Of a stretch of DNA of 64,000 bases, positions 29,593 to 40,700 are shown one piece after another (the stretch's first letter is position 1; each line of letters starts with the position of its first letter). This stretch comes from Candidatus Hydrogenedentota bacterium (GTDB lineage: Bacteria > Hydrogenedentota > Hydrogenedentia > Hydrogenedentales > SLHB01), in contig CAXXYE010000001.1 in the NCBI GenBank assembly GCA_963674865.2, forward strand, positions 96,001-160,000, read 5' to 3'. Position numbers and translations under genes: made by a program. A model generated the notes under the pieces. It did not search any database. It saw nothing but the letters and a program-made list of their open reading frames with translations, and was not told where the DNA came from.

Positions 29593-32166
29593 ATGAAACG
29601 CTTCCAGCCTTGTTTTCAAGTATTCCTGATGATTGTTGCATGCGCCTCTCTCGTAGGTTGCCCGCAGCTGACTCCCTATCTTGTTGTGTCGCCCCGTGTC
29701 ATCGATTTCGGAAGTACCGGCGTCGAAGAGAGTTTCACGATCTACAACGCCGGCGCCGGCGCGCTCACCTATACGGTTGAGGTCGACACCGCGGATGACA
29801 TCGATTGGTTGAGCGCCGACGTTACCGCTGGTACCGTCATCAGCGACATGCAGCGGATCACCCTTACCGCCGACCGGGCTCTCCTCGTTGCGCGGCCCGG
29901 ATCGCCTTACGAGGCCACCGTTACCGTGGCGACGAACGGGGGAACCGAGACGCTTAACGTCTACCTGACGATGCCCGGCACGCCGCTCCTCAATGTTGTG
30001 CCGGCAACCCTGACGCTGGGCGATGCCCTCGATGAGGGCACCTTGACGATCCAGAACCTCGGCGATGATACCCTCACCTGGGACATCACGGTGTTCGATC
30101 CCGATAACGAGGACGCCACGGCGCCCGTCACGGCGACTCCCTCCGCCGGCAACACGGCCGCTGGCGGCGAAACCGAGATAACCGTCGAGGTCGACCGCGA
30201 GGGACTCGACGTCGGTGTCTACGGCTACACCATTCGTGTCAACTCCGACGGCGGCATTGTTGATGTGACCCTGAACCTAGCCGTCGACGCCAGTGCGGAG
30301 ATCGGTGTCGAGCCGCTCCTGCTGGATTTCGGCACGGAACTCAGCGAGCTGACCTTTGATGTATACAACACGGGGCCCGCGGGCACACTGCTCGAGTTCA
30401 CCGTCTCCACCGACAGAGAGGATCTCATCTTTCTTGACCCCACATCCGGCACGAGCGTTGGCGCTATTACCGACACGGGTGACGGTTCACTCGTCGGCGA
30501 ACTCGACCGACAGACGGTCAGTGTGCTGATTGACCGCACTGCACTGACCAGCTCGATCGACGGTGGCACCATCTTCGTCTCCGCTCCGGGGCTCGACGAT
30601 GTCGAGATTGCCGTGACTGTCGAGGCGGCGCCCCTCACGATTGAGGGCGCCCTGAACCGGACGCGGCCGCCGTTCCTAATGCGTTTTGTCTTCCTCCTGC
30701 GCGATCCCGTCGGTGATGCCATTGACACGACGAACCCCGCCATTTTCACCGATCCCGATGGATTGCGCTTCACCATCTGGGAGGACGATGAACTCATCGA
30801 CGCGGACGAGACGAACACCTTCATCGCGGGGCCGGAGAGCCTCCGTTTCGATCTCGTCATGATGCTGGATAACACCGGCAGCATGTATAACGCCGAAGGC
30901 GGTGGCGGCACCGTGATCGACCAGATGAACGAAGGCGCTAAGGCCTTTATCGAGGATTTGCCCGAGTCATGGCGCGTGGCGGTCATGGAGTATCACGAGC
31001 GTCAGCAAGCGAACCGGCTGCTTCAGACTTTTACCACGGACCGCGATCCCCTGATCGAGGCCATAGACACCTTCTCCTTGCCTGAGGCCGAGCACGGCGC
31101 GTCGGAGATATACGACGCCCTCTACGACGCGTGCGAGCGCCTCCAGAACGAGGATGTCGGCAAGGTCGCTTTCGACGACGCCGATGTTCGGGCCGTTGTG
31201 TTCATCTCGGATGGGCGGGATACATCTTCCATTCACACCCTTGATGAAGTGATAGCCTTTGCTCGCGACGCCGACGTCCGCACCCGGTTCTATCCGATTG
31301 GCTTCGGAGAAAACGTCAATAGTGCCCCCCTGATTAAGTTGGCCACTGAAACCGGTGGGCATTACTATCGGGCGGGGGACTCGGACCGACTAATGGAGCT
31401 TCTCGAACAGGACCCCGACGCGCTCGGCGCCGACCCGCCAGGCGTGATCGCGACCGACTTGAGCCGTCAGATGGTGCTCACCTACGTGACACTCTTCCAG
31501 GAGGGTTCACACACCTACCTCATCGAGGTCGACTACCAGGATGTCGAGGGCTCCTTCGAAGAGGATGCGGTTTACTCGATAGGCGGCGATGTCCGTGCCG
31601 GACAGATCGCGATGCACACCTCAGGGATTCAGAGCAACGGCCGTGCGGAAGTCTTCGTGCGCACCGAGTACGTCCCTAGGAATATCAACTACCTTAGGTT
31701 CCGTTTCATTGCGCCCGCCGGGCTGACGCCCACTGCGGACAACATTGACCTGCTCGACACCAGCGGCGGCCTCTTGTCAGGGTGGCGCCTGATCGATGAA
31801 GGCGGCGGTGTCTTCTCCCTGCTAACCGAGGAGGACAACTACCTCCAATACGGTGCCTTTGGCAATCTCATGCGGCTGTCTTTTGAGGGTCTCGACCCAG
31901 CAACCGACAGCTTCGAGTTGGGATTGCGAGTGGATAACTCCGTCTATGTCAACCCGCCGCTAACAAAGTTCTTCCAATACCCCGGCGATATGTTGAATCC
32001 TGACGTCACCCTGACGGTTGGGCAGGAAGCCAGCACGGCGCCTCTCAAGCGGATCATCACTGTCGACGATGATTTCGACCCCGATGCGCCGAATGCTTGG
32101 GACCGGGACGAAGATGGCGTCCCCGACTTCGACGATTTGTTCCCGGATGATCCGGACCATTCGTAA
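29593..32166 (+). CDS. Lipoprotein: 3 BACON/Ig-like repeats, VWA, cohesin-like domain, TSP3-like acidic tail
   Basis: LVGC lipobox and L.V.P..LDFG...F.I.N.G repeats. MIDAS-like DNTGS...SDG. C-terminal DRDEDGVPDFDDLFPDDP. Confidence 0.8.
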   Translation: MKRFQPCFQVFLMIVACASLVGCPQLTPYLVVSPRVIDFGSTGVEESFTIYNAGAGALTYTVEVDTADDIDWLSADVTAGTVISDMQRITLTADRALLVARPGSPYEATVTVATNGGTETLNVYLTMPGTPLLNVVPATLTLGDALDEGTLTIQNLGDDTLTWDITVFDPDNEDATAPVTATPSAGNTAAGGETEITVEVDREGLDVGVYGYTIRVNSDGGIVDVTLNLAVDASAEIGVEPLLLDFGTELSELTFDVYNTGPAGTLLEFTVSTDREDLIFLDPTSGTSVGAITDTGDGSLVGELDRQTVSVLIDRTALTSSIDGGTIFVSAPGLDDVEIAVTVEAAPLTIEGALNRTRPPFLMRFVFLLRDPVGDAIDTTNPAIFTDPDGLRFTIWEDDELIDADETNTFIAGPESLRFDLVMMLDNTGSMYNAEGGGGTVIDQMNEGAKAFIEDLPESWRVAVMEYHERQQANRLLQTFTTDRDPLIEAIDTFSLPEAEHGASEIYDALYDACERLQNEDVGKVAFDDADVRAVVFISDGRDTSSIHTLDEVIAFARDADVRTRFYPIGFGENVNSAPLIKLATETGGHYYRAGDSDRLMELLEQDPDALGADPPGVIATDLSRQMVLTYVTLFQEGSHTYLIEVDYQDVEGSFEEDAVYSIGGDVRAGQIAMHTSGIQSNGRAEVFVRTEYVPRNINYLRFRFIAPAGLTPTADNIDLLDTSGGLLSGWRLIDEGGGVFSLLTEEDNYLQYGAFGNLMRLSFEGLDPATDSFELGLRVDNSVYVNPPLTKFFQYPGDMLNPDVTLTVGQEASTAPLKRIITVDDDFDPDAPNAWDRDEDGVPDFDDLFPDDPDHS

Positions 32167-32246
32167 CAGATGAATGATGTGCGTAATTCGGGAGGATGTA
32201 TCTGTGTCCTTCGCCGACAACGGCAGCGCACGCTGAGGGGTAGCTT

Positions 32247-35200
32247 ATGCTTCGCATGACATCTCATCTTTCCAAGGTTGGCCTCCTTATTGCTCTGGCA
32301 ACCGCCCTGGGCTGTCCTTTCGCGGGCCCGTTCCTCCAGGTGTACCCGGCGGGCTTTGACTTCGGCGAGAGCCTGGTGACCGACACGTTCAGTGTTGCTA
32401 ACGCCGGCCAGGCCATTCTCACATGGGTGATCGACGAAACGCCCGACTGGCTCACTGTCGAGCCCTCCTCGGGAACCGTCGAGGCGGGCGAAATGGACCT
32501 TGTGACCATGACCGCCACCCGCACGGGGATAGACCCGGGCGTGTACTCCGGCCGCTTCACCGTGCGCTCTAACGACGGTGACCAGACCATACGCGTCAGC
32601 ATGACTGTCTTGAGCCCGCCCTTGCTCCAATTGACCCCGACAACGCTGGACTTGGGTCTCGAGGAGACGAGCGGTGATTTCGCCGTCAGCAATGCCGGCA
32701 ACTCCGCTCTTGACTGGTCCCTGGAAGTTACCGAGGGCATCACGTGGCTGGCCGCGACCCCCATTTCCGGCATAACCGACCCCGGCGAGGAGGAGACTGT
32801 TCAAGTCTCTGTCGACCGCTCCGGCTTGGCCGCAGGTCTCCACGAGGGAACGATTACCGTAACATCCAACGGTGGTAGCGCCAACGTCAACGTGCGTGTG
32901 CTTGTCTCGACGCTGTCCGTTTCACCCACCGCTTTCGACTTCGGCCTTGTGGACACGACAGACACCCTAACCCTTTCTAACCAAGGGGCTTCTGCTGTCA
33001 CGTGGACCATCGCGGTGCCGACAGCCGACGCAACATGGCTTAGCGTGAGTGCCACCACGGGCGCTCTGGACCCCGGCGAGGAGACCACCATCGACGTCGC
33101 CGTGGACCGCACGCCTCTAGGGCCCGGCAGTACAGAGGGAACCTTCACCGTATCGACGGATGTTGTCGATGTCCCCGTTACCGTGAACGTCTCCGTGGCC
33201 GCCCTCACCGCATCGCCCGAAGTGCTCGATCTCGGCGAGACGACCGAGAGCGGCACATTTACCCTCAGCAACGTTGGCGACGGCGCACTCTCCTGGGAGG
33301 CCTCCCTCGCAACGGGCGTCAATTGGCTTACACTGTCAACCCTGTCGGGCGATCTGGACGAAGGCGCCGACCAGGATGTGACTGTTACCGTTGATAGAGA
33401 CCTTCTCTCCTCAGGCGCCTACGAGACGCCCGTAACGGTTGATTCGACCGCCGGCACCGTGGTTGTAACGGTGAGGATGACTGTACCGGAGCGGGACCCG
33501 GGCCTTGCAGTACTTCCCCAAGTCATGAACTTCAGCATCAACCAGACGGATAAGCTCCTTGCTATCTGGAACGTAGGTACCGGCACCGTCACCTGGAGCA
33601 TCGACGACAGCGGCTTCCCATCGTGGCTGTCGCTCTCGCCGGCCTCGCCCTCAGGTGCCGTTGGCGGCGCGGCGACCGACTCCGTCCATGTCCTTGTTGA
33701 CCGCACCGGACTTGCTCCCGGTGATTACAGCTACGCCGCGCCGGGCATCGTCGTATCCTCAGACGCTGGCGAAGCGACCGTGGCTGTCTACATGACCGTG
33801 GCGGCCCTTCCTGTTCTCAGCATCGACACCGACGGCCGTTACACCTCGGACCCGGTACCGATTCCGTATGTCTTCGTCGAGGATAATGACGTCACCACGC
33901 AGTTCGCCGTAGAGAATGTCGGCACGGGAACCTTGAGCTGGAGTCTCGAAGATACGGACGCCTTCCCAGCCTGGCTCGAATCCGTCCTGCCGCAGTCCGG
34001 CTCTGTTGAGCCGGGCGCGACTAGTGTCGTGACGGTGACCATATCCAGGGACGACGAAGATGCGGGCGGTTATCAGCACGAACTCTCCATCACTTCCAAC
34101 GGCGGCGACGCTACCGTCCGTGTTGAGATGAACGTTCCCCAGCGGGCCACCATCGGCGTGAGTCCCGGGGAGATCAACTTCGGCCTGGACGGAGTCAGTA
34201 GTGAATTCTTCGTCGCCAATCTCGGCGATCCCGGCACGCGTCTCGATTTCATCGTTACCAGCGACAAGCCCTGGCTCTTCTTCTATCCCGAAACCGGCCA
34301 AAGCATCGGCACGGCCGCAGCCATCAAGGATTGGCAGCAGATCAACGTCTCCATAGATCGCGGCGGGCTTGAAGAAACCGGCGCCGTAGGCACGTTGACG
34401 GCTCACGCCTACGAACTCGATAGCGCCAATAACGTCGTCCTTCTAGACGATGTCATCGAACCGGCTACGGTAACGGTATCCGTCGAAGCGTCTAGCCTTA
34501 CCATCGAAACAGCCCGCGCAAGGACGCGGATCCCCTCCCTTGTCCGGTTCGTATTGCTCATGCGCAACCTCAAGTTCCAGTCCATGCCCCTGCCGTACGA
34601 ACTTCTCGACGACTATGCGCCGCTTTTCCGCATCTTCGAGGACGATCTTCTCATCGAAGCTGCGGAGACGAACCAATTCCTTACCAGTAGCGCTCACATT
34701 CGCCAGAATATTGCCATTCTTCTGGATTACTCAGGCAGCATGGACGCCGCAGCCGCAACGGCTGTGTCTGTCGAGTCGGGCCTCGACATATCGGGCGAGG
34801 CCGACCCCCTCCAGGCCCTTTATGAGTTGACCGTTACGCCTCTGATCACCGACCTCCTCGATTTCCTGCCCAATTGCCGCGTGGCGCTTATGGAGTTCCA
34901 TGACAGAAGCCAGGCTACCCGTGTTGTCTCTGGCGGCGATTTTACCGACGATGCGCCCACATTGATCGCCGCCCTGGAAGGACTCTCCGTGGAAGATCGC
35001 GGGGCCACTGAGTTGATCCCTGCCGTGGTCGAGGCAGCCGACCTGCTTGTCGCAGAGGATGCTCCGTTCCTTTCCTTCGACAACGCAGACGTCAAGATGG
35101 TCGTCTGCATTACTGATGGACGCATGACCACCCCGCCAGGCGACATTCAAGAAACCGGAACGTATCTCTATGATGCTGCCAATGTCCGCGTCATGTTCGT

Positions 35201-36926
35201 CGGATGGGGCAACGGGATTAACAACGAACCCCTCGCGCGCATAAGCTCCGACAGTGGCGGGCATTACTATCCCACGCTTCCCGGCGATGGCAACTTGCCT
35301 GTCGTCGATAACCTGTACGATTGGTGCGAAGCTGAAGACCTAGGCGTTGACCCCTGCGATCAATCTGTCGCCAGGGACCTTGAGTCCCAGGTTGTCTTGA
35401 GCTACGCCACGCTGAACGAGCAGGCGAGTACCGAAGTACGAATCAATGCGGCATTCGACGATCCCAATGACGACGACGCTACGTGCCTTGCCGACCAGGG
35501 CATTGTCGAAGGAAGCACCGATCAGACTATCGATTTCGACGTTCTGGTCGGCGATGTTCGCATGGGGCAGATTTCCATGCGCACCTCCGGCATTCTCGGC
35601 GACCAGGCCAGTGTGATAATCAGAGCCGAATACATGCCACGAAACATCAGCTCCTTCGAGTTCACCCTCGGCTCCGATCCCGCGCACGACTTCAGCGTCG
35701 CGATTGTCCCGCTCGAGGATGGCGGCCTTGTAGAAGGCTGGACCCTCGGCGGACCTGCGAGCGGCGCGGGTACCTACACGCTTACCGCGCCTGCCGGGGA
35801 AGTCCTTCGCTACGGCGCCTTCGGCGACCTTCTCGAAGTCACCTTCGCCACCGATACCCCATTCCGCTTCGGGCTAACCGTCAACAACGCCATTTACGCC
35901 GACAAGTACTTCATCTATCCCGACACGATACCTGTCGGCGCGGACGATTTCCTTGCCCCGGCCTTCCCAACGCCTCTCGTGACCCCCGAATCCATAGACT
36001 TCGGATCCGGTACGGCGGGCGATTTCTCAAGTGCGGCTACATTCACCATCCAGAACATCGGCGGCACATACGACTATCCGCCGGGCACTCCGACTGTTTA
36101 CTTGCACTGGAGCATCTCCAGTACCTCGGATTTCCTGACGGCCTCACCGCTTGAGGGCTACGTGATACAAGGCACGCTGGACTCCGACACGGTGACTGTC
36201 ACCCTTGACCGCTCGGCGGTCGACCCGGGAGCGCACATAGGCTTTGTCACGTTGACGTACGATGGCAACCTCCCGCTCACGGAAGGCTCTATCGTAGTCC
36301 CGGTTCTCCTGGACATCCTTGACCCGGACATGGCCATAAGTCCCACCACGCTCGACTTCGGCTATGACGAAACGTCCCTTAGTTTCGAGATTGCCAATAC
36401 CGGCCAGAGCAACTTCGATTGGGATATCACGAGCACCCCGGCCTTGCCGGACTGGATCACGTTGAGCGATACCTCGGGCAACGTTGCCGCCGACTCGCAA
36501 GACGTCACGGTGACGGTGGATCGAACCGACGCCGACCCGGGCGTATATGACTACGCCCTGGACGTGCAGGCCTATGACAGTTGGGGCGACGCCTTCGGCG
36601 CACCGATCACGGTTCAGGTGCACGTCGTTGTTCCGGGCCTTACGCTCTCGGAAGATGAGCTCGATTTTGGCGAGACGGATACCTCGCTTGTCGTGACACT
36701 TACCAACGTGGACGACGAGGAGGCTGACTGCACGGCCACGTGGTCGGCGTCATGGATTACCAGCGTCACGCCCGACAGCGGCATCCTCCTAGCGGGCGCG
36801 AGCGCACCGATTACTATTCAAGTTGATCGCACGGGGCTGGCCGCCGGAACCTACGAAGACACGATCAGCTTCTTGGTAAGCGGCGTGGTGAATGTAGAAC
36901 TCACCGTGGAGATGACCGTCCCCTAA
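32247..36926 (+). CDS. Large lipoprotein: about 7 BACON/Ig-like repeats, VWA, cohesin-like domain, 3 further repeats
   Basis: ALGC lipobox and repeated P..LDFG / N.G...L.W / WL / VDR.GL..G.Y motifs. MIDAS DYSGS...TDG. Core is paralogous to 29593..32166. Confidence 0.82.
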   Translation: MLRMTSHLSKVGLLIALATALGCPFAGPFLQVYPAGFDFGESLVTDTFSVANAGQAILTWVIDETPDWLTVEPSSGTVEAGEMDLVTMTATRTGIDPGVYSGRFTVRSNDGDQTIRVSMTVLSPPLLQLTPTTLDLGLEETSGDFAVSNAGNSALDWSLEVTEGITWLAATPISGITDPGEEETVQVSVDRSGLAAGLHEGTITVTSNGGSANVNVRVLVSTLSVSPTAFDFGLVDTTDTLTLSNQGASAVTWTIAVPTADATWLSVSATTGALDPGEETTIDVAVDRTPLGPGSTEGTFTVSTDVVDVPVTVNVSVAALTASPEVLDLGETTESGTFTLSNVGDGALSWEASLATGVNWLTLSTLSGDLDEGADQDVTVTVDRDLLSSGAYETPVTVDSTAGTVVVTVRMTVPERDPGLAVLPQVMNFSINQTDKLLAIWNVGTGTVTWSIDDSGFPSWLSLSPASPSGAVGGAATDSVHVLVDRTGLAPGDYSYAAPGIVVSSDAGEATVAVYMTVAALPVLSIDTDGRYTSDPVPIPYVFVEDNDVTTQFAVENVGTGTLSWSLEDTDAFPAWLESVLPQSGSVEPGATSVVTVTISRDDEDAGGYQHELSITSNGGDATVRVEMNVPQRATIGVSPGEINFGLDGVSSEFFVANLGDPGTRLDFIVTSDKPWLFFYPETGQSIGTAAAIKDWQQINVSIDRGGLEETGAVGTLTAHAYELDSANNVVLLDDVIEPATVTVSVEASSLTIETARARTRIPSLVRFVLLMRNLKFQSMPLPYELLDDYAPLFRIFEDDLLIEAAETNQFLTSSAHIRQNIAILLDYSGSMDAAAATAVSVESGLDISGEADPLQALYELTVTPLITDLLDFLPNCRVALMEFHDRSQATRVVSGGDFTDDAPTLIAALEGLSVEDRGATELIPAVVEAADLLVAEDAPFLSFDNADVKMVVCITDGRMTTPPGDIQETGTYLYDAANVRVMFVGWGNGINNEPLARISSDSGGHYYPTLPGDGNLPVVDNLYDWCEAEDLGVDPCDQSVARDLESQVVLSYATLNEQASTEVRINAAFDDPNDDDATCLADQGIVEGSTDQTIDFDVLVGDVRMGQISMRTSGILGDQASVIIRAEYMPRNISSFEFTLGSDPAHDFSVAIVPLEDGGLVEGWTLGGPASGAGTYTLTAPAGEVLRYGAFGDLLEVTFATDTPFRFGLTVNNAIYADKYFIYPDTIPVGADDFLAPAFPTPLVTPESIDFGSGTAGDFSSAATFTIQNIGGTYDYPPGTPTVYLHWSISSTSDFLTASPLEGYVIQGTLDSDTVTVTLDRSAVDPGAHIGFVTLTYDGNLPLTEGSIVVPVLLDILDPDMAISPTTLDFGYDETSLSFEIANTGQSNFDWDITSTPALPDWITLSDTSGNVAADSQDVTVTVDRTDADPGVYDYALDVQAYDSWGDAFGAPITVQVHVVVPGLTLSEDELDFGETDTSLVVTLTNVDDEEADCTATWSASWITSVTPDSGILLAGASAPITIQVDRTGLAAGTYEDTISFLVSGVVNVELTVEMTVP

Positions 36927-36949
36927 CAGAACCTCCCAGCGGTATGCTC

Positions 36950-36989
36950 AACCGGCCCCTTGGCAGGCTAGGCCAGGGGGCCGGTTTTT
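36950..36989 (+). terminator. Intrinsic terminator
   Basis: AACCGGCCCC...GGGGCCGGTT stem followed by a T run. Confidence 0.75.
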
Positions 36990-37333
36990 CTCTATCATGC
37001 TCTTTGCGCAAAGCTCTCCTTTTCACGAGGCCACGTGCCCCTCGGAACTCACGCGTTGGAAGTGGCATGTACGGCCTACGGCGGCCCTAGACGGAAGAGT
37101 GGACTTTCACCAACCGTATGCTCGAAACGCTATTTGACCCTATCAATACGGGCCAGATTATGCTGTGGCTCACAGCTCTGCGCGGTAACGCTTTGTCACC
37201 TGGGGCCCGGCGGCCACAGCCGGTAGTCCACTTCCTCTTTTTCCTGCCATGGCCGGGAACTGAGTGGAGAGGTCGAAGGCGTCTTGCCGAGGAATGGCGC
37301 CCCATGATACTGCTTGCCTTGCCCGGCGAGAGC

Positions 37334-37362
37334 TAGATATTCGGTGTAAGGTGGAGTATAAT
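37334..37362 (+). promoter_or_regulatory. Sigma70-like promoter of ferredoxin
   Basis: TAGATA-N17-TATAAT. Confidence 0.55.
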
Positions 37363-37436
37363 CCGCCCGTTTGATAAACCGCCGCCACGCTTTGGGCGGC
37401 GATGGGACATAGGCTACGAAAGGAGATTGACTCGAA

Positions 37437-37607
37437 ATGGCTCACGTGATCAGCGATGACTGCACCATGTGCGGGGCGTGCAAAGAAGTATGTCCGTTTG
37501 ACGCGATAAGTGAGGGCGATCCCAAGTACGCGATCGATCCGGACACCTGCACCGACTGCGGGGCCTGTGTGCCCGAATGCCCTGTCGAGGCTATCAGCGA
37601 AGGTTAA
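37437..37607 (+). CDS. fdx: Clostridial-type 2[4Fe-4S] ferredoxin (56 aa; absent from the ORF track)
   Basis: Manual translation MAHVISDDCTMCGACKEVCPFDAISEGDPKYAIDPDTCTDCGACVPECPVEAISEG has two CxxCxxCxxxCP motifs. AAGGAG RBS. Confidence 0.95.
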   Translation: MAHVISDDCTMCGACKEVCPFDAISEGDPKYAIDPDTCTDCGACVPECPVEAISEG

Positions 37608-37655
37608 GATATCCCGCGAGCTGGGTAGTCCCTTCAGATTTGGGGCAGAACCAAC

Positions 37656-37696
37656 AAAAAAGAGGGATGCGCGCCAACGGTGCGCATCCCTCTCTT
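37656..37696. terminator. Terminator between convergent fdx and PFOR
   Basis: 12-bp stem AGAGGGATGCGC / GCGCATCCCTCT. The A-tract gives a U-tail on the minus strand. Confidence 0.75.
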
Positions 37697-37712
37697 CGAA
37701 TGACGCTCGAGG

Positions 37713-40700
37713 CTATGCCTCGGGGGTATCCCCTTGGCACGGCTCCATTTGTGCCAACTTCGTATACAGGTCGAACTTCGCGGCCACGCGCCTATCACCC
37801 TCCGACATGTACTTCTTCACATTTTCGGGATTAGTCTTCTCAAGCGCCCGGAAGCGCTGCTCACCCATGGCGAAATCGCTGTACTTCATCTTCGGTGCCT
37901 TGCTGTCCAGCGTCAGTGGATTTTTACCTTGCTTCGCAAGGTCAGGGTTGAAACGGTAGAGCGGGAAATGCCCGGACTGTACTGCACGCTTCTGCTCCTC
38001 CATACCGCGCAGCATGGTGATGCCGTGGGCGATGCACGTCGAGTAGGCAATAATGATCGAGGGGCCATCGTAGGCCTCTGCCTCGACGAATGCCCTCACT
38101 GTCTGGATCGGATTGGCGCCCATCGCCACCGTCGCCACATAGATGTTGCCGTACGTCATCGAGATAAGGCCCAAGTCCTTCTTCATCTGAGGCTTGCCCG
38201 CCGCAGCGAACTTGGCCACCGCTCCCAGCGGCGTCGATTTCGACGCCTGGCCGCCGGTGTTTGAATAGACCTCCGTGTCGAGGACGAGTATGTTGATGTT
38301 GCGTCCCGAGGCCAGCACGTGGTCCAAGCCGCCATAGCCGATGTCGTATGCCCAACCGTCGCCGCCCAGACCCCACACGGACTTCTCAACAAGGTAGTCG
38401 GCCAGCGAAAGAAGTTGCTTGCCGGACTTCGTGTCGACGTCCGCAAGCCTGTGCTTCAACTCGCCTACGCGTTTCCGCTGCTCCTCGATGCCGCTCTGCG
38501 TTGACTGGTCGGCGTCACGGATCGCGATGAGAAGTTCCTTGTCCAGACTGCTCGAATCGGACTTCACCTCGTCCTCCAGGAGTTCGAGGGCCTGCTGGTT
38601 GAACTTGTCTACGGCGAGTCGCATTCCGAAAGCAAACTCGGCATTATCCTCGAACAGGGAGTTTGACCACGTCGGACCGCGGCCATCCTCGCGCTTCGTG
38701 TAAGGCGTCGTCGGCAAATTGCCGCCGTAGATCGACGAACACCCGGTGGCATTGGCGATCATGGCGCGATCACCGAAGAGCTGACTCAGCAGTTTCACAT
38801 ACGGCGTCTCGCCGCATCCGGCGCACGCACCTGAGAACTCGAACATGGCCCGCACGAACTGGCTGCCCTTGATGGTCGCCTTGTCGTACAACTTCGGATC
38901 CATGTCCGGAATGCTCATGAAGAAGTCGAAGTTTTCGGCTTCCTGCTCCCGAAGCGGGATCTGCGGCGTCATATTGATGGCCTTCCGGCCCGTTGCCTTC
39001 TTCTCCGCATCCCGCTCCTTGGCCGGGCACACTTCCACGCATACGCCGCAGCCCGTGCAGTCCTCCGGCGCAACCTGAACCGTATACTTCTTGCCCTGGA
39101 ACTCCTTGCCCTTGGCATCTATCGATTTGAAGGCGCTCGGAGCGTTCGACAGGTAAGAGTCCTCGTACACCTTCACGCGGATGGAGGCGTGTGGGCAAAC
39201 CAGCGAGCACATGCCGCACTGAAGGCAAAGCTCCGGCTCCCATGCCGGCACGTCCACCGCGATATTGCGCTTCTCGTACTTCGTTGTGCCCGTGGGCCAC
39301 GTGCCGTCCGCCGGCATCGCGCTCACCGGCACGGTATCGCCCTTCTGACTCATAATGCGGGCCGTCACATTCTTGACGAAGTCCGGCGCGTGAGCCGGCA
39401 CCGCAGGCGGCATCGTCATCTTGCCCGCCGGGCGATCCGGCACTTTGACCTCTTGCAGGCCGCCGACGGCGCCGTCAACGGCTCGGAAGTTCATCTGAAC
39501 GACCTCATCGCCCTTACGGCCATAGGTTTTCTTGATTGCGGCCTTCAGCTTCTCAATGGCCTGATCTGTCGGCAGGACACCGGAGATAGCGAAGAAGCAC
39601 GTCTGCATGATGGTGTTGATGCGCACGCCCAGGCCCAACTCCTTGGCGAGCTTGATGGCATCAATAACGTAGAACTTAATCTTCTTGGCGATGATCTGCT
39701 GCTCGATTTCATCGGGCATATGTTGCCAGATTTCGTCCGCGCCGTAAGGGCTGTTCAGCAAGAACACCGCCCCATCCTTCGCGCCTGCGAGCATGTCGTA
39801 CTTTTCGAGGAAGGAGAAGTTGTGGCAAGCCACGAAATCGGCCTTTGTGCAGAGGTACGGACTGCGGATCGGCTCCGGGCCGAAGCGAAGATGCGACACC
39901 GTGATGGCGCCGGCCTTCTTCGAGTCGTAGACAAAGTAGCCCTGCGCGTAATTATCCGTTTCCGTCCCGATGATCTTGATGGAGTTCTTGTTGGCGCCGA
40001 CGGTGCCGTCGGACCCGAGGCCATAAAACATGGCTTCGAACCGCCCCTTGCTCTCCACCTCGAACGTCGGCGTCTGGAGACTCGAGTGGGTGACGTCGTC
40101 GTTAATGCCTACCGTGAAATGGTTTTTCGGCTCGGCCTCGTCGAGATTGTCGAATACGGCCTTTACCATGGCCGGTGTGAACTCCTTCGAGCCCAAGCCG
40201 TACCGGCCACCGACTACCTTCGGATAGAAACCCGTTGTCATCCACTTGGCGCTCTGGGCTTCGCCAATCGCCGTGCGTATATCAATATAGATCGGCTCGC
40301 CGATCGCTCCCGGCTCCTTGGTGCGATCGAGTGTGGCGATGGCTTTCACCGAAGGCGGAAGCGCTGCGATGAATGCTTTCGTATCGAACGGGCGGAACAA
40401 GTGGATCTTGATCGCGCCGACCTTCTCGCCCTTGCTGCAAAGGTACTCGACCGTCTCGTGCACGGTTTCCGCGCCCGAGCCCATGATAATGATGACCTTC
40501 TCCGCGTCAGGCGCGCCCACATAGTCGAAGAGCCGGTACTGCCGCCCTGTAAGCTTCGCAAACTTGTCCATGTGCTTCTGAACAATCCGCGGCGCGTCGA
40601 GATAGTACTTGTTGACAGTCTCGCGGCCCTGGAAGAACACGTCCGGATTCTGCGATGTCCCCCGCAGCACGGGGGCGTCGGGCGTCATACCGCGCTTGCG

